A stretch of DNA of 64,000 nt from Gaiellaceae bacterium (GCA_035652835.1 DASRDA010000003.1:32076-96075), one strand, 5' to 3'; positions 21,244 through 30,682 are shown, counted from the stretch's first letter. Numbers and translations: made by a program. Notes: generated by a model from the letters alone, not told the origin.

Positions 21244-22530
21244 CTATGCAGCCTCGGCTCGCCTCGGAACCAGGTCCTCCATCCGGTCGACCGAGGCGAG
21301 GGAGGGGAAGAAGCGGCCCCACACGGCCGCGAAGGCGATCGTCAGCGCGCCGCCCGCCACGACCGCCGGCACCGCCCCGACGAGCGCGGCGGCGGCGCCC
21401 GACTCGAACGCGCCGAGTTCGTTCGAGGCGCTGATGAACACCCACTCGACCGCGTTCACGCGCCCCCGCACCTCGTTCGGGGTCGCGAAGGCGACCGTCG
21501 TCGAGCGGATGTTCATCGAGAACATGTCGACGAACCCGCTCGCCGCGAGCGCGACGGCGGAGAGGGCGAACCAGCGCGACAGGCCGAAGACGACCATGCA
21601 CACGCCGAAGCCCGCGACGACGACGAGCAGCGTCCGGCCGGCGCGGCCGCCGAGCGGCCGCCGGGCGAGCCGGATGCCGGCGACGAGCGCCCCGACTGCC
21701 GGCGCGCTTCGCAGCACGCCGAGGCCCACCGGGCCCGTGTGCAGGATCGTGCGCGCGTAGAGCGGCAGCAGCGCGACCGCGCCGCCGAAGAGCACCGCGA
21801 CCAGGTCGAGCAGGATCGCGCCGAAGATGACCGGCGTCTCGCGGATGAAGCGGATCCCGACCAGGAGGCTCTCGAGCTTCGGCGGCGGCTCGACCGCGGC
21901 GGGCTCCGCCACCTCGTCGTGGGCGACGCGCAGGATCATCGCCGCGCCGAGCAGCGACAGCCCGAGCGCGACGGCGTACACCAGCTCGGGTCGCACGGCG
22001 AAGAGCAGCCCGCCGACGGCGGGGCCCGACACGGTCGCCACCTGGTAGGCGATCGAGCGCAGGGCGAGCGCGCCGGCCAGCAGGTCGCCCGGCACCAGCT
22101 CCGGCGCGAGCGCGCGCGCCGCCGGCGAGCCGAATGCGCCCGCGGCGCCGGTCAGCGCCGCGAGCGAGACGAACGGCCAGAGGCGGTGCGCGCCGGTCAG
22201 CGTCACCGTGAGGAGGAGAGCGGCGACGACGCCCTCCATCGCGAGGGAGCCCGCGAAGACCGCCGTGCGCGGCAGCCGGTCGGCGAGCTGGCCCGCGGGC
22301 AGGGCGAGGAGCGGCAGCGGCACGAACGCGGCGAGGCCGATCAGGCCGAGATCGAGCGCGCTCCGGTGGATGGCGTACACCTGCCAGCCGACGGCCACCG
22401 CGAGCATCTCCTCGGCGACGCCCGAGGCGAGGACGCCGAGCCAGAGCCGCCGGAAGTCGCGGTGCCGCAGCGCCGGCGGCAGGCGGCGGCGCGCGAGCAG
22501 GCGGAGCGCGAGCACGCGCCAACTCTGCAC
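21244..22530 (-). CDS. MFS transporter (EntS/MFS_3-like)
   Basis: 428 aa, 12 predicted TM helices, N-terminal RHRDFRRLWLGVLASGVAEEM typical of this MFS subgroup. GTG start. Confidence 0.8.
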   Translation of the reverse strand: MQSWRVLALRLLARRRLPPALRHRDFRRLWLGVLASGVAEEMLAVAVGWQVYAIHRSALDLGLIGLAAFVPLPLLALPAGQLADRLPRTAVFAGSLAMEGVVAALLLTVTLTGAHRLWPFVSLAALTGAAGAFGSPAARALAPELVPGDLLAGALALRSIAYQVATVSGPAVGGLLFAVRPELVYAVALGLSLLGAAMILRVAHDEVAEPAAVEPPPKLESLLVGIRFIRETPVIFGAILLDLVAVLFGGAVALLPLYARTILHTGPVGLGVLRSAPAVGALVAGIRLARRPLGGRAGRTLLVVVAGFGVCMVVFGLSRWFALSAVALAASGFVDMFSMNIRSTTVAFATPNEVRGRVNAVEWVFISASNELGAFESGAAAALVGAVPAVVAGGALTIAFAAVWGRFFPSLASVDRMEDLVPRRAEAA

Positions 22531-22600
22531 GCTGATGCCGTTCCTCGCGCGATGCTGACACCGTGATCGGGCTTGCGCGCCACGGCCGGGTCGCGACGAC

Positions 22601-22644
22601 GCCGGAAACTGTTTCTCGGCAGAGCCTCGAAACAGTTTCGATGC
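22601..22644. repeat. palindromic element copy C (minus-strand reading GCATCGAAACTGTTT-N16-AAACAGTTTCCGGC)
   Basis: 11-bp arms GAAACTGTTTC ... GAAACAGTTTC (22605..22639), separated by 13 nt. It lies in the divergent MFS / HtrA intergenic region, 72 nt upstream of the MFS GTG. Confidence 0.7.
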
Positions 22645-22737
22645 GTGGTGTCTGTAACCGGTCGAACGTTCCGAGAGGCATTTCCTAGGTCCGGCTCAGC
22701 CCGCTCACAGCCCGCGCTGATCCCATAGCGTGCAGAG

Positions 22738-23799
22738 ATGCACAGCACGAGGAAGACGGTCGCGGTCGGCGTGGTCGCCGCGCTCCTGGCGGCGGGCGTC
22801 GCCGTCGGGGCGGCGCTCGGGCTCACCCACGGCGGCGCCACCCGCACCGTCACCGTCGGCGCCGCAGCCGGCCCGGTCCCGGCGGCCAACGTCACCTCGG
22901 AGCTCACCGTGGGCCAGATCGCCGCGCGTGTCACGAAGAGCGTCGTCGAGGTTGTGGCGAGCGACGGCGGCTCCGGCGGCCTCGGGCAGCGCTCGACCCA
23001 GGCCGAGGGGACGGGCTGGGTCTACGACTCGGACGGCCACATCGTCACCAACCAGCACGTGATCTCCGGAGCGAGCAGCGTCAAGATCACCTTCTCCGAC
23101 GGCAGCACCTCCACCGCGAAGGTCGTCGGCAGCGACGTGTCCAGCGACCTCGCAGTCCTGAAGGTCGACGTCCCGTCCTCGAAGCTCGCGCCTCTCGCGC
23201 TCGGCGACTCGAGCGCGGTGACCGTCGGCGAGGGCGTCGTCGCGATCGGCGACCCGTTCGGGCTCGAGGGCACCGTCACCAGCGGCATCGTCAGCGCCGT
23301 CGGCCGCGAGATCCAGGCGCCGGACGGCACGCCGATCGAGGGCGCGATCCAGACGGACGCGGCGATCAACCACGGCAACTCCGGCGGCCCGCTCTTCGAC
23401 ATCCACGGCGACGTGATCGGCGTCACGTCGCAGATCGAGAGCAACTCGGGCGGCAGCGACGGCATCGGCTTCGCGATCCCGTCGAACACCGTGAAGTCCG
23501 TCGCCGCGCAGCTGATCGCGAGCGGCAAGGTCGAGCACGCGTTCCTCGGCGTGCAGCCGCAGACGGCCGCGAACGGCGTCCGCGTCGCGAAGGTCGAGCC
23601 GGCGAGCGGCGCCGCGAAGGCCGGCGTACGGGTCGGCGACGTGATCACGGCGGTCGACGGCACGCCCACCGCGACGGCGCCGGCGCTCCGTGCCGCCATC
23701 GCCTCGCACAAGCCGGGCGAGACGGTCACCCTCACGATCAGGCGCAACGGCGCGAAGACGACGCTGCACGCGACCCTCGGGACGCGGCCGGCCGGCTGA
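22738..23799 (+). CDS. trypsin-like serine protease with PDZ domain (HtrA/DegP, S1C family)
   Basis: N-terminal TM/signal segment, catalytic triad contexts TNQHV, DLAVLKV and GNSGGPL, and a C-terminal PDZ (GVRVGDVITAVDG). Confidence 0.88.
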   Translation: MHSTRKTVAVGVVAALLAAGVAVGAALGLTHGGATRTVTVGAAAGPVPAANVTSELTVGQIAARVTKSVVEVVASDGGSGGLGQRSTQAEGTGWVYDSDGHIVTNQHVISGASSVKITFSDGSTSTAKVVGSDVSSDLAVLKVDVPSSKLAPLALGDSSAVTVGEGVVAIGDPFGLEGTVTSGIVSAVGREIQAPDGTPIEGAIQTDAAINHGNSGGPLFDIHGDVIGVTSQIESNSGGSDGIGFAIPSNTVKSVAAQLIASGKVEHAFLGVQPQTAANGVRVAKVEPASGAAKAGVRVGDVITAVDGTPTATAPALRAAIASHKPGETVTLTIRRNGAKTTLHATLGTRPAG

Positions 23800-24028
23800 C
23801 GGGCGGGGACCACGAAGACGCCGGGTCGGTGGCGCTTTCGTCCACCCTGCCGACCGGCCCGTTGCGCCCGAGGGCGTTTCCGAGTCGCTCGGCGGGGCTT
23901 CGACCTAGTCGCGCTCCGTGCCCGGCGAGGTCTGCACCTTACGACGTGCCGTTCGCGGGACGCAAGCGGCACGCGCGGCCGTTTCGCGCTCGCAGCGAGG
24001 AAAACGACGCCCTGGTCCCATACGCCTC

Positions 24029-24048
24029 GCTTACGAAGGCTTACGAAG
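24029..24048 (+). repeat. tandem direct decamer GCTTACGAAG x2
   Basis: Read directly from the sequence. It sits 65 nt upstream of the ATG at 24113, in a 313-bp non-coding region of lower GC. Confidence 0.6.
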
Positions 24049-24112
24049 TCCAAAGCGTCTCCGAATGTGCCGGGCCTAGCGTTCGTCCATGAAGCGACGG
24101 AAGGAGGCGGCG

Positions 24113-24373
24113 ATGTCGGCAGGGCAGCAGGAGTCGGTGGGAAGCTCGCTCGACGGATGCGTCGGCTTCAAGGTCGAGTCCTCGCGGCGGCGGCTCGGCG
24201 TCGTCGACGCAGTGCTCTTCGGCGACGACGCATCGTGGCCGTCGGCGCTGTCGGTGCGGCCCGGCCGGTTCGCGCGCGGCGTGCGCATCATCGACGCCGC
24301 CGACATCCGGGACGTCGACGCGCGTGCGCGCCGGATCGACGTCGCGTCGGACGGCGAAGAGATCTTCTTCTGA
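24113..24373 (+). CDS. small PRC-barrel-like domain protein
   Basis: ATG 24113 is preceded by GGAAGGAGG. High-GC3 codons. The pattern GFKVESSRRRLGVVDAVLF...VRIIDAADIRDVD resembles PRC-barrel proteins, which is a recollection-level call. Confidence 0.6.
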   Translation: MSAGQQESVGSSLDGCVGFKVESSRRRLGVVDAVLFGDDASWPSALSVRPGRFARGVRIIDAADIRDVDARARRIDVASDGEEIFF

Positions 24374-24418
24374 GCTTCTCCTGCGCTTAACGAACCGGGG
24401 CGTAACCTCGCCCCTCGA

Positions 24419-25894
24419 GTGAGAGGCCACGTCCGGTTCGCTGGCGGGCGAATCGACGCGACCGCGGCCGCGGCGGCGGCCGTCGGCGTGGGCGCCGCGC
24501 TCCTGCGGCTCCCGCGGCTGCACGACGCGTTCTGGCAGGACGAGGTCGCGTCGGCGCGCATCCTGCGCGAACCGACGCCGGCGCGGATGCTCGCGCACGT
24601 CGCCCGGACCGAGTCGACGCCGCCGCTGTGGTACGCGCTCGGCTGGCTGCTGCACCACGCCGGCGTCTCGCTGCAGGACGTGCGGCTGCTCTCCGTCGCC
24701 GCCGGCGCGTCGCTCGCGACGCTGGTCGTGCTCGCGGCACGCACGGTCGTGCCGCTCGCGCCCGCCGCGCTCGCGGGCGTGCTCGTCGCCGTCGGCGGCG
24801 AGCTCGCGGCGGCGGGAAGCGAGCTTCGCGCGTACGCGCTGCTGGCGTTGCTCGCCGGCCTCTTCGCCGTCGCGCTCGACGCGGCCGTGCGCCGGTCGGG
24901 AGCGCGGACGGCCGTCCCGCTCGCGCTCGTCACGGCCGCCGGGTCGCTGACGCACTACTTCTTCCTCTTCACGGTCGCGGCCGGGGCGGCCTGGCTCTGG
25001 CTCGAGCCACAGGCGCGCGGCGCCCGCCGGCGCGGGACCGCGGCGATCGCGGCCGGGCTCGCGCTCGCCTCGCCGTGGCTGCCGTTCGCGTTGCGGCAGT
25101 ACCGGCAGGACCGGTTCGGGTGGATCGGGCCCTTCGACGCGCGCGTCGTCGTCGACACCGCGTTCCGGCTCTTCACGCCGCTCGTCCACGCCCGCTGGGT
25201 GCCGGCGGCGTTCCTCGGCGTCGTGCTGGTCGGCGCGTGGCGACTCGCGCGCGCCTCCGCCCGCGGGCGGCTCTGCGCCGCGCTCGCGGTCGGGCCGCTC
25301 GTCGCGGCTGCAGTCGCGTGGCGGTCGGGCGTCCGCGTCTACGCGGTGCGCAACCTGATCGAGGTGGAAGCGTTCGTCGCGGTCTGCGTCGCCGCCGCCG
25401 TCGCAGCGCTCGCTCCGCGCGCGCGCGTCGTCGCGGCCGCTGCGGTCGGCGCCGCCGCGCTCGCCGGCTTCGTGTGGGACCAGCAGGCGCCCGCCGCGCC
25501 GTACGGGGAGATCGCGCACACGCTCGTCGCCGAGGGCTGGCGGCCGGCCGCGCCGGTGCTCGTCTTCGGCAGCCCGTACGCGTTCCGGTCGCCGCTCGAG
25601 TGGTACCTGCCGCACGATCCGAGCCTCGCCGTCCTGCGGCTGCACGCCGCCTCGTGCCGCGTCGTCTACGTGGTCGCGGGCCGCCGGGCGACTCCGGCCG
25701 TCGCCGACGACGTGGTCGCGGCGCGCCGCGTCGGCCGGTTCCTCGTCGGACGCGTCCGCATCGACGAGCCGCTTCGCGGCCTGCGGGCGAGCCTGCTCGC
25801 GGCGCCGCCGGCGCGGAGGCGGTGCGCGCCGGGCGTCTACGCGACGGCTTCGGCCGAGCCGCGCTCGACGACCGGGTCGAGCAGCACCTTGTAG
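24419..25894 (+). CDS. GT39/ArnT-like integral membrane glycosyltransferase family protein
   Basis: 491 aa, polytopic. The N-terminal FWQDEVASA ... TESTPPLWYALGWLL pattern is typical of PMT_2/GT39-like proteins. The 3' end overlaps the convergent GGDEF-EAL gene by 58 nt. Confidence 0.65.
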   Translation: MRGHVRFAGGRIDATAAAAAAVGVGAALLRLPRLHDAFWQDEVASARILREPTPARMLAHVARTESTPPLWYALGWLLHHAGVSLQDVRLLSVAAGASLATLVVLAARTVVPLAPAALAGVLVAVGGELAAAGSELRAYALLALLAGLFAVALDAAVRRSGARTAVPLALVTAAGSLTHYFFLFTVAAGAAWLWLEPQARGARRRGTAAIAAGLALASPWLPFALRQYRQDRFGWIGPFDARVVVDTAFRLFTPLVHARWVPAAFLGVVLVGAWRLARASARGRLCAALAVGPLVAAAVAWRSGVRVYAVRNLIEVEAFVAVCVAAAVAALAPRARVVAAAAVGAAALAGFVWDQQAPAAPYGEIAHTLVAEGWRPAAPVLVFGSPYAFRSPLEWYLPHDPSLAVLRLHAASCRVVYVVAGRRATPAVADDVVAARRVGRFLVGRVRIDEPLRGLRASLLAAPPARRRCAPGVYATASAEPRSTTGSSSTL

Positions 25895-28194
25895 ATCTCG
25901 GCCGCCGGGGCGGGGCGCGAGAAGAGGAAGCCCTGCGCGCCGTCGCAGCCGAACTGCCGCAGCGAGTCGAGCTGGCCGTTCGACTCGATGCCCTCGGCGA
26001 CCGCGACCACGTTGAGCGCGTGCGCGAGGCTGATCAGATTCGACGTGATCGTCGCGTCCTTCGCGTCCCGCTCGCTGCCCTGCACGAATGAGCGGTCGAC
26101 CTTGATCATGTCGATCGGGAAGTGCCGGAGCTGGCCGAGGGACGAGAAGCCGGTCCCGAAGTCGTCGATCGCGATGCGCACGCCGAGCGCGTGGAGCTCC
26201 TCGAGCTCGCGGCGGGCCTGCTCGCCCGCGCTGCCGGGCTCCACGATCGCGCTCTCGGTGATCTCGAGCCCGAGCGCCGACGGCGGGATGCCCGTCTCGG
26301 CCAGCGCCTCCTGCACGAGCGCGCCGAAGCCCCCGGGGACGAGCTGCCGCGGCGAGACGTTGATCCACGTCACGACCTCGCCGAGCGCGCCGTCCGCCCG
26401 CCACAGCGCCGCCTGCCTGCACCCCTCGCGCAGCACGAACGCGCCGAGCTCGACGATCAGGCCGGTGCTCTCGGCGACCGGGATGAACCGCGCGGGCGGC
26501 ACGTCGCCGCGCGTCGGCGAGCTCCAGCGGAGCAGCGCCTCGACGCCGATCACGCGGTCGGAGCCGAGGTCGACCATCGGCTGGTAGTGGAGGCTGAACT
26601 CGCCGCGCTCGAGGCCGACCCGCAGCTCGTGCTCGATGCCGAGCAGCTCGCCCAGCTCGCGCGCCATCTCGTCGTGGAACACCTCGTGCCGCGCGCGGCC
26701 GGCCTCCTTCGCCGCGTACATGGCGATGTCGGCGTCGCGGATCAGCGTCTCGCCGGTGTCCGACGCGCTCGCGCGCGTGACGACGCCGATGCTCGCGGTG
26801 AGCACCAGCTCGCGCCCGGCGACGCCGATCGGCTCGCGCAGGTTCTCGAGCAGCCGGTCGGCGGTCACGATCGTCTGCCGCTCGTCGGCGCCCTCGAGCA
26901 GCACGGCGAACTCGTCGCCGCCGAACCGCGCGACGGTATCGCTCGCGCGCACCGACGAGCTGAACCGGCGTGCCACCTCCTGCAGGAGCTGGTCGCCCGC
27001 GTCGTGGCCGAGGCTGTCGTTCACCTGCTTGAAGCCGTCGAGGTCGATCAGCATCACCGTGAGCGGCTCCACCGACCGCAGGCTGCGCGTCAGCGCGTGG
27101 TCGAGCCGGTCGCGGAAGAGCGCCCGGTTCGGCAGGCCCGTGAGGCTGTCGTGGAACGCCTGCCGCGTGAGCTGCGCCTCGAGCTCGAGGCGCTCGGTGA
27201 TGTCGCGCGCGTTGAAGACGATGCCGCGCACCTGGCGGTCCTGCCGCAGGTCGCTGACGTGCGCCTCGATGCTCCGCCACGCGCCCGAGCGGTCGCGGAG
27301 CCGGAAGACCAGCTCGGGCGGCTCGCCGACCTGCGACGCCGCGTGCGCCTGCGCGCGGTCGTCGTCGTGCACCGCGGCGAAGACGCCGCTGCCGAGGAGG
27401 TCGGCCTCGTCGCGGCCCGTGAGCCGCGTCACCGACGGGCTGGCGTAGCGGCAGCCGTCCGAGCCGAAGGCCAGCACGAGGTCGCTCGACGCCTGGACGA
27501 CGCTCCGGAACTGCGCCGTCTGACGGCGCGTCGTCGCGATCAGCGCCCAGGCGAGGAGCAGCGACAGCAGCAGGCCGCCGATGCCGAGGCCGGCTTGGAG
27601 CACGATCAGGTCCGAGATGTTCCGGTCGGTCGAGTTCGCGATCGTGCGCGTCGCGTTGAGCGCCATGTTCGACTCGAGCGCGGCCAGCACGCGCAGGCGT
27701 CGCAGCGGGTCGGTGGCCGGCGGGTGCTCGCCCGCGGTCAGCTTCACGCTCGTCACCGGCCGGTGATGGAGCAGCGCGGCGCCGGTCGCGGTCAGGTCGT
27801 CGGCGAGGAGGATCTCCTGCTCGAGCTGCGAGCGCGCGACGGCCCCGTGCTCCGCCGTGAGCTTCGTGTCGTCGTCGTCGCCCGCGACCGCCGGAGCGGT
27901 GCCGCCGTCGAGCAGCGCCTTCGCGCTCGCGCGCAGGTTGCGCGCGATCACCTCCGGGTCGGCCTGCACGCCCTCGCGCGCGAGCAGGACCTGCTCGACG
28001 TAGCGCTCGGCGAGCGTCCGCTGCCGGCCCGCGATCTCGACGACGGCGGCCTTGTCCTCGGACCGCGTCGTCGAGCGGATCGAGAGGCCGACGGTCAGCG
28101 CGGACGAGAGGGCGAAGGTGAAGAGGATCGCCGCGACGACGCGCCGGTTGCGCCGCGCGAGACGCTGGAACGCCGGTGAGGGGCGGATCGTCAC
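25837..28194 (-). CDS. membrane sensor PilJ-like / PAS / GGDEF / EAL protein (c-di-GMP turnover)
   Basis: GTG 28194 overlaps the cupredoxin stop (GTGA). It has a TM segment, a periplasmic 4-helix PilJ/NarX-type sensor (AGRQRTLAERY), a second TM, a PAS domain, an intact GGDEF (RFGGDEFAV) and an intact EAL (EALLRW, DDFGTG). Confidence 0.9.
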   Translation of the reverse strand: MTIRPSPAFQRLARRNRRVVAAILFTFALSSALTVGLSIRSTTRSEDKAAVVEIAGRQRTLAERYVEQVLLAREGVQADPEVIARNLRASAKALLDGGTAPAVAGDDDDTKLTAEHGAVARSQLEQEILLADDLTATGAALLHHRPVTSVKLTAGEHPPATDPLRRLRVLAALESNMALNATRTIANSTDRNISDLIVLQAGLGIGGLLLSLLLAWALIATTRRQTAQFRSVVQASSDLVLAFGSDGCRYASPSVTRLTGRDEADLLGSGVFAAVHDDDRAQAHAASQVGEPPELVFRLRDRSGAWRSIEAHVSDLRQDRQVRGIVFNARDITERLELEAQLTRQAFHDSLTGLPNRALFRDRLDHALTRSLRSVEPLTVMLIDLDGFKQVNDSLGHDAGDQLLQEVARRFSSSVRASDTVARFGGDEFAVLLEGADERQTIVTADRLLENLREPIGVAGRELVLTASIGVVTRASASDTGETLIRDADIAMYAAKEAGRARHEVFHDEMARELGELLGIEHELRVGLERGEFSLHYQPMVDLGSDRVIGVEALLRWSSPTRGDVPPARFIPVAESTGLIVELGAFVLREGCRQAALWRADGALGEVVTWINVSPRQLVPGGFGALVQEALAETGIPPSALGLEITESAIVEPGSAGEQARRELEELHALGVRIAIDDFGTGFSSLGQLRHFPIDMIKVDRSFVQGSERDAKDATITSNLISLAHALNVVAVAEGIESNGQLDSLRQFGCDGAQGFLFSRPAPAAEIYKVLLDPVVERGSAEAVA

Positions 28195-28637
28195 GTGACG
28201 ACGAGGAACGCGCGCATGCCGCCCATGAAGTGGCCGGCCATGTTGCAGAAGAGCTCGTACGAGCCCGGCGCGAGGGTGACGTTCACGCGCCGCACCGCTC
28301 CGGGGCCGGCGGGCTCGAGCGTGGCGACCGTCGCCGGCTCGAGCGCGTCCTCGTTCACCGTCAGGCCGTCGGTGCGGAGCGGCAGGTCCGCGCGGTGCGC
28401 GCGCACCACGATCAGCTCGTGGTCGGCAGGGCCCGCGTTCCGCACCACGAGCTGCACGCGCCCGGCCGCGATCCGCGCCGGCGCGACGAGGATGCGGAAG
28501 TCCTTCTCCCGCACCGTCACCTGCGTGCGCGCGGACGCGTGCGGCTGGTTCGAGCCGCAGCCCGCGAGGAGGGAGGCCACGGCCGCGGCGCCGGCCGCGG
28601 CCCGCAGGAACGAGACATGCCGCACAAGAGGCGTCAT
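28191..28637 (-). CDS. cupredoxin-like (type-1 copper) lipoprotein
   Basis: Lipobox LLAGC and a C-terminal copper-ligand pattern YELFCNMAGHFMGGM with an upstream His (ADHELIV). Confidence 0.75.
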   Translation of the reverse strand: MTPLVRHVSFLRAAAGAAAVASLLAGCGSNQPHASARTQVTVREKDFRILVAPARIAAGRVQLVVRNAGPADHELIVVRAHRADLPLRTDGLTVNEDALEPATVATLEPAGPGAVRRVNVTLAPGSYELFCNMAGHFMGGMRAFLVVT

Positions 28638-28657
28638 CGACCGGCGGCCGTCTCGAC

Positions 28658-29743
28658 TTGAGAGGCTTCACCCGGCCGGGCGCTACGGTGCGGGCGGTGG
28701 ACTTCGGGGGTCGCGTCGCGTGGGGCCGGCCGCGGTCTGAGCGCCGGCTGGCGGTCGACCTCGGCACGGCGAACACGGTCGTCTACCGGCGCGGGCGCGG
28801 CGTCGTGCTCTTCGAGCCGTCCGTCGTCGCCGTCGACGAGCGGAGCGGCGAGGTGCTGGCGGTGGGCGAGCCGGCGCGGCGCATGATCGGCCGGACGCCC
28901 GCGTACATCCGCTCCACGAGGCCGCTGCGCCACGGCGTCATCGCCGACTTCGACGTCACCGAGCAGATGCTGCGCGCGTTCATCCGCCGCGCGCTCGGCG
29001 GGCTCGGGCGGCGCGCCGACGTGATGGTGTGCATCCCGAGCGGCGCGACGCCCGTGGAGCGCTCGGCGGTGGAGGAGGCGGCGCGGGCGGCGGGCGCCGC
29101 TCGCGCGTTCCTGATCGAGGAGCCGCTGGCCGCGGCGATCGGCGCCGGCCTGCCGGTCGCCGAGCCGTCCGGTTCGCTCGTCGTCGACGTCGGCGGCGGC
29201 ACCTCCGAGATGGCGGTGACGGCGCTCGGCGGCCTCGTCGTCAGCCACGCGGTCCGCGTCGGCGGCTACGACCTCGACGAGGCGATCATCCGGCTGCTGC
29301 AGGAGGAGCAGCGGCTGCTGATCGGCCAGGAGCGCGCCGAGGCGCTGAAGATCGAGATCGGCGCCGCCGTGTCGCAGGCAGCGGGGCCGGGCACGGCCGA
29401 GGCGGCGGGGCGCGACCTGACCACCGGCCTCCTGCGGCGCGCGCCGGTGACGGCCGACCAGGTGCTGCAGGCGTTGCAGCGCCCGCTCGCGCAGATCGTC
29501 GAGTCCGTGAAGCAGGTGCTCGAGCGGACGCCCCCCGAGCTCGCCGCCGACCTCGGCCGCCGCGGGCTCACGCTCGCGGGCGGCGGCGCGCTCCTGCGCG
29601 GCTTCGACCAGCTGCTCGAGCAGGAGACCGGCCTGCGGGTGACGGTGGCGGACGAGCCGCTGACGACGGTGGCGCGCGGCGCGGGGCAGGCGCTCGAGGA
29701 GCTCGAGCGGCTGACGCCCGCGTCAGGGCAGCGCCGGCGCTGA
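28658..29743 (+). CDS. mreB: rod shape-determining protein MreB (actin-like ATPase)
   Basis: AVDLGTANTVVY, DVGGGTSE, and colinear MreB/Mbl motifs. The TTG start at 28658 is uncertain, with in-frame GTGs at 28688 and 28697. Confidence 0.88.
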   Translation: MRGFTRPGATVRAVDFGGRVAWGRPRSERRLAVDLGTANTVVYRRGRGVVLFEPSVVAVDERSGEVLAVGEPARRMIGRTPAYIRSTRPLRHGVIADFDVTEQMLRAFIRRALGGLGRRADVMVCIPSGATPVERSAVEEAARAAGAARAFLIEEPLAAAIGAGLPVAEPSGSLVVDVGGGTSEMAVTALGGLVVSHAVRVGGYDLDEAIIRLLQEEQRLLIGQERAEALKIEIGAAVSQAAGPGTAEAAGRDLTTGLLRRAPVTADQVLQALQRPLAQIVESVKQVLERTPPELAADLGRRGLTLAGGGALLRGFDQLLEQETGLRVTVADEPLTTVARGAGQALEELERLTPASGQRRR

Positions 29744-30682
29744 CCGGCGCGCGGCGGCGAGCGAGCCGAGCAGGAGCAGCGCCGCGAGGCCGCTGAACCA
29801 CGACGCGATCGCGCGGTTCGTCGAGGAGCGCACGACGCTCCGCCCCAGCGACCGGTAGACGCCGACGGCGCGGGCCGCCGTTCCGACACGGTAGGTGCGG
29901 CCGCCGGTGTCGGCGGCGATCGCCGCGAGCGTCACCGGGTCGGGCTTGAAGGTGAGCATGAAGCCGTAGGCGTCGACGGGCCCCAGCGGCGACGGCCGTC
30001 CGAAGGTTCCGAGGGCGACGGTGTCGACCGGGATGCGTGCCGCACGCGCGAGCGACGCGCCCTCGAGCGGAGTCAGCGAGCCCGCGGTCTGGGCGCCGTC
30101 CGAGAGGAGGACGATCGCAGCCGGGTGGCGGCCGGCCGGCACGGCACGGGCGGCGCCGACGGCCACCGCGACCGCGAGCCGCAGCGCGTCGCCGATCGCG
30201 GTGCCGCCGCTCGCGTCGAGCTCGCCGATCCCCGCCCGCAGCGCGTTGCGGTCGACGGTCGGCGGCACGAGCAGAGTGGGACTGCCGCTGAAGGAGACGA
30301 GCCCCACGCGCACGCTTCGCGGAACGCGCGCGGTGAAGGCGGCGAGCGCCTCCTCCGCGGCGCCGAGGCGCGACGGCACGACGTCCGTCGCGTTCATCGA
30401 GCCCGAGACGTCCACCACCAGGATCACCGTCGCGTGCCGCGCCACCGTCGTCGTCCGCAGCTGCGGGCCGGCGAGCACCACCGCCGCCGCGGCGAGGGCG
30501 AGCACGAAGAGCGCGAACGGCAGGAGCGTGCGGCGCCGGCGCTCGACGACCGCCGCGAGCACGTCCAGGTTGGTGAAGGCCGTCGCGTGGCGCGCCGGGC
30601 GGCGGCTCAGCCACGCAGCGGCCGCCACGGCTGCCGGCACGAGCAGCAGCACGAGCAGAAGGTACGGCGACGTGAATGTCAC
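29723..30682 (-). CDS. VWA domain-containing membrane protein (BatA-like)
   Basis: GTG 30682. N-terminal TM, MIDAS DVSGSM ... GGTAIGDAL, and a C-terminal TM. Only the last 319 aa of track ORF 29723..31492 are protein-like. Confidence 0.8.
   Translation of the reverse strand: MTFTSPYLLLVLLLVPAAVAAAAWLSRRPARHATAFTNLDVLAAVVERRRRTLLPFALFVLALAAAAVVLAGPQLRTTTVARHATVILVVDVSGSMNATDVVPSRLGAAEEALAAFTARVPRSVRVGLVSFSGSPTLLVPPTVDRNALRAGIGELDASGGTAIGDALRLAVAVAVGAARAVPAGRHPAAIVLLSDGAQTAGSLTPLEGASLARAARIPVDTVALGTFGRPSPLGPVDAYGFMLTFKPDPVTLAAIAADTGGRTYRVGTAARAVGVYRSLGRSVVRSSTNRAIASWFSGLAALLLLGSLAAARRSAPALP

Noticed and set aside
24041-28179. Long ORFs 24041..27280 (-, 1079 aa) and 26122..28179 (+, 685 aa)
   Set aside because: They are Arg/Ala/Gly/Pro-rich low-complexity translations. 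They overlap the well-supported GT39-like (+) and GGDEF-EAL (-) genes in other frames or strands. This is the typical high-GC shadow ORF.
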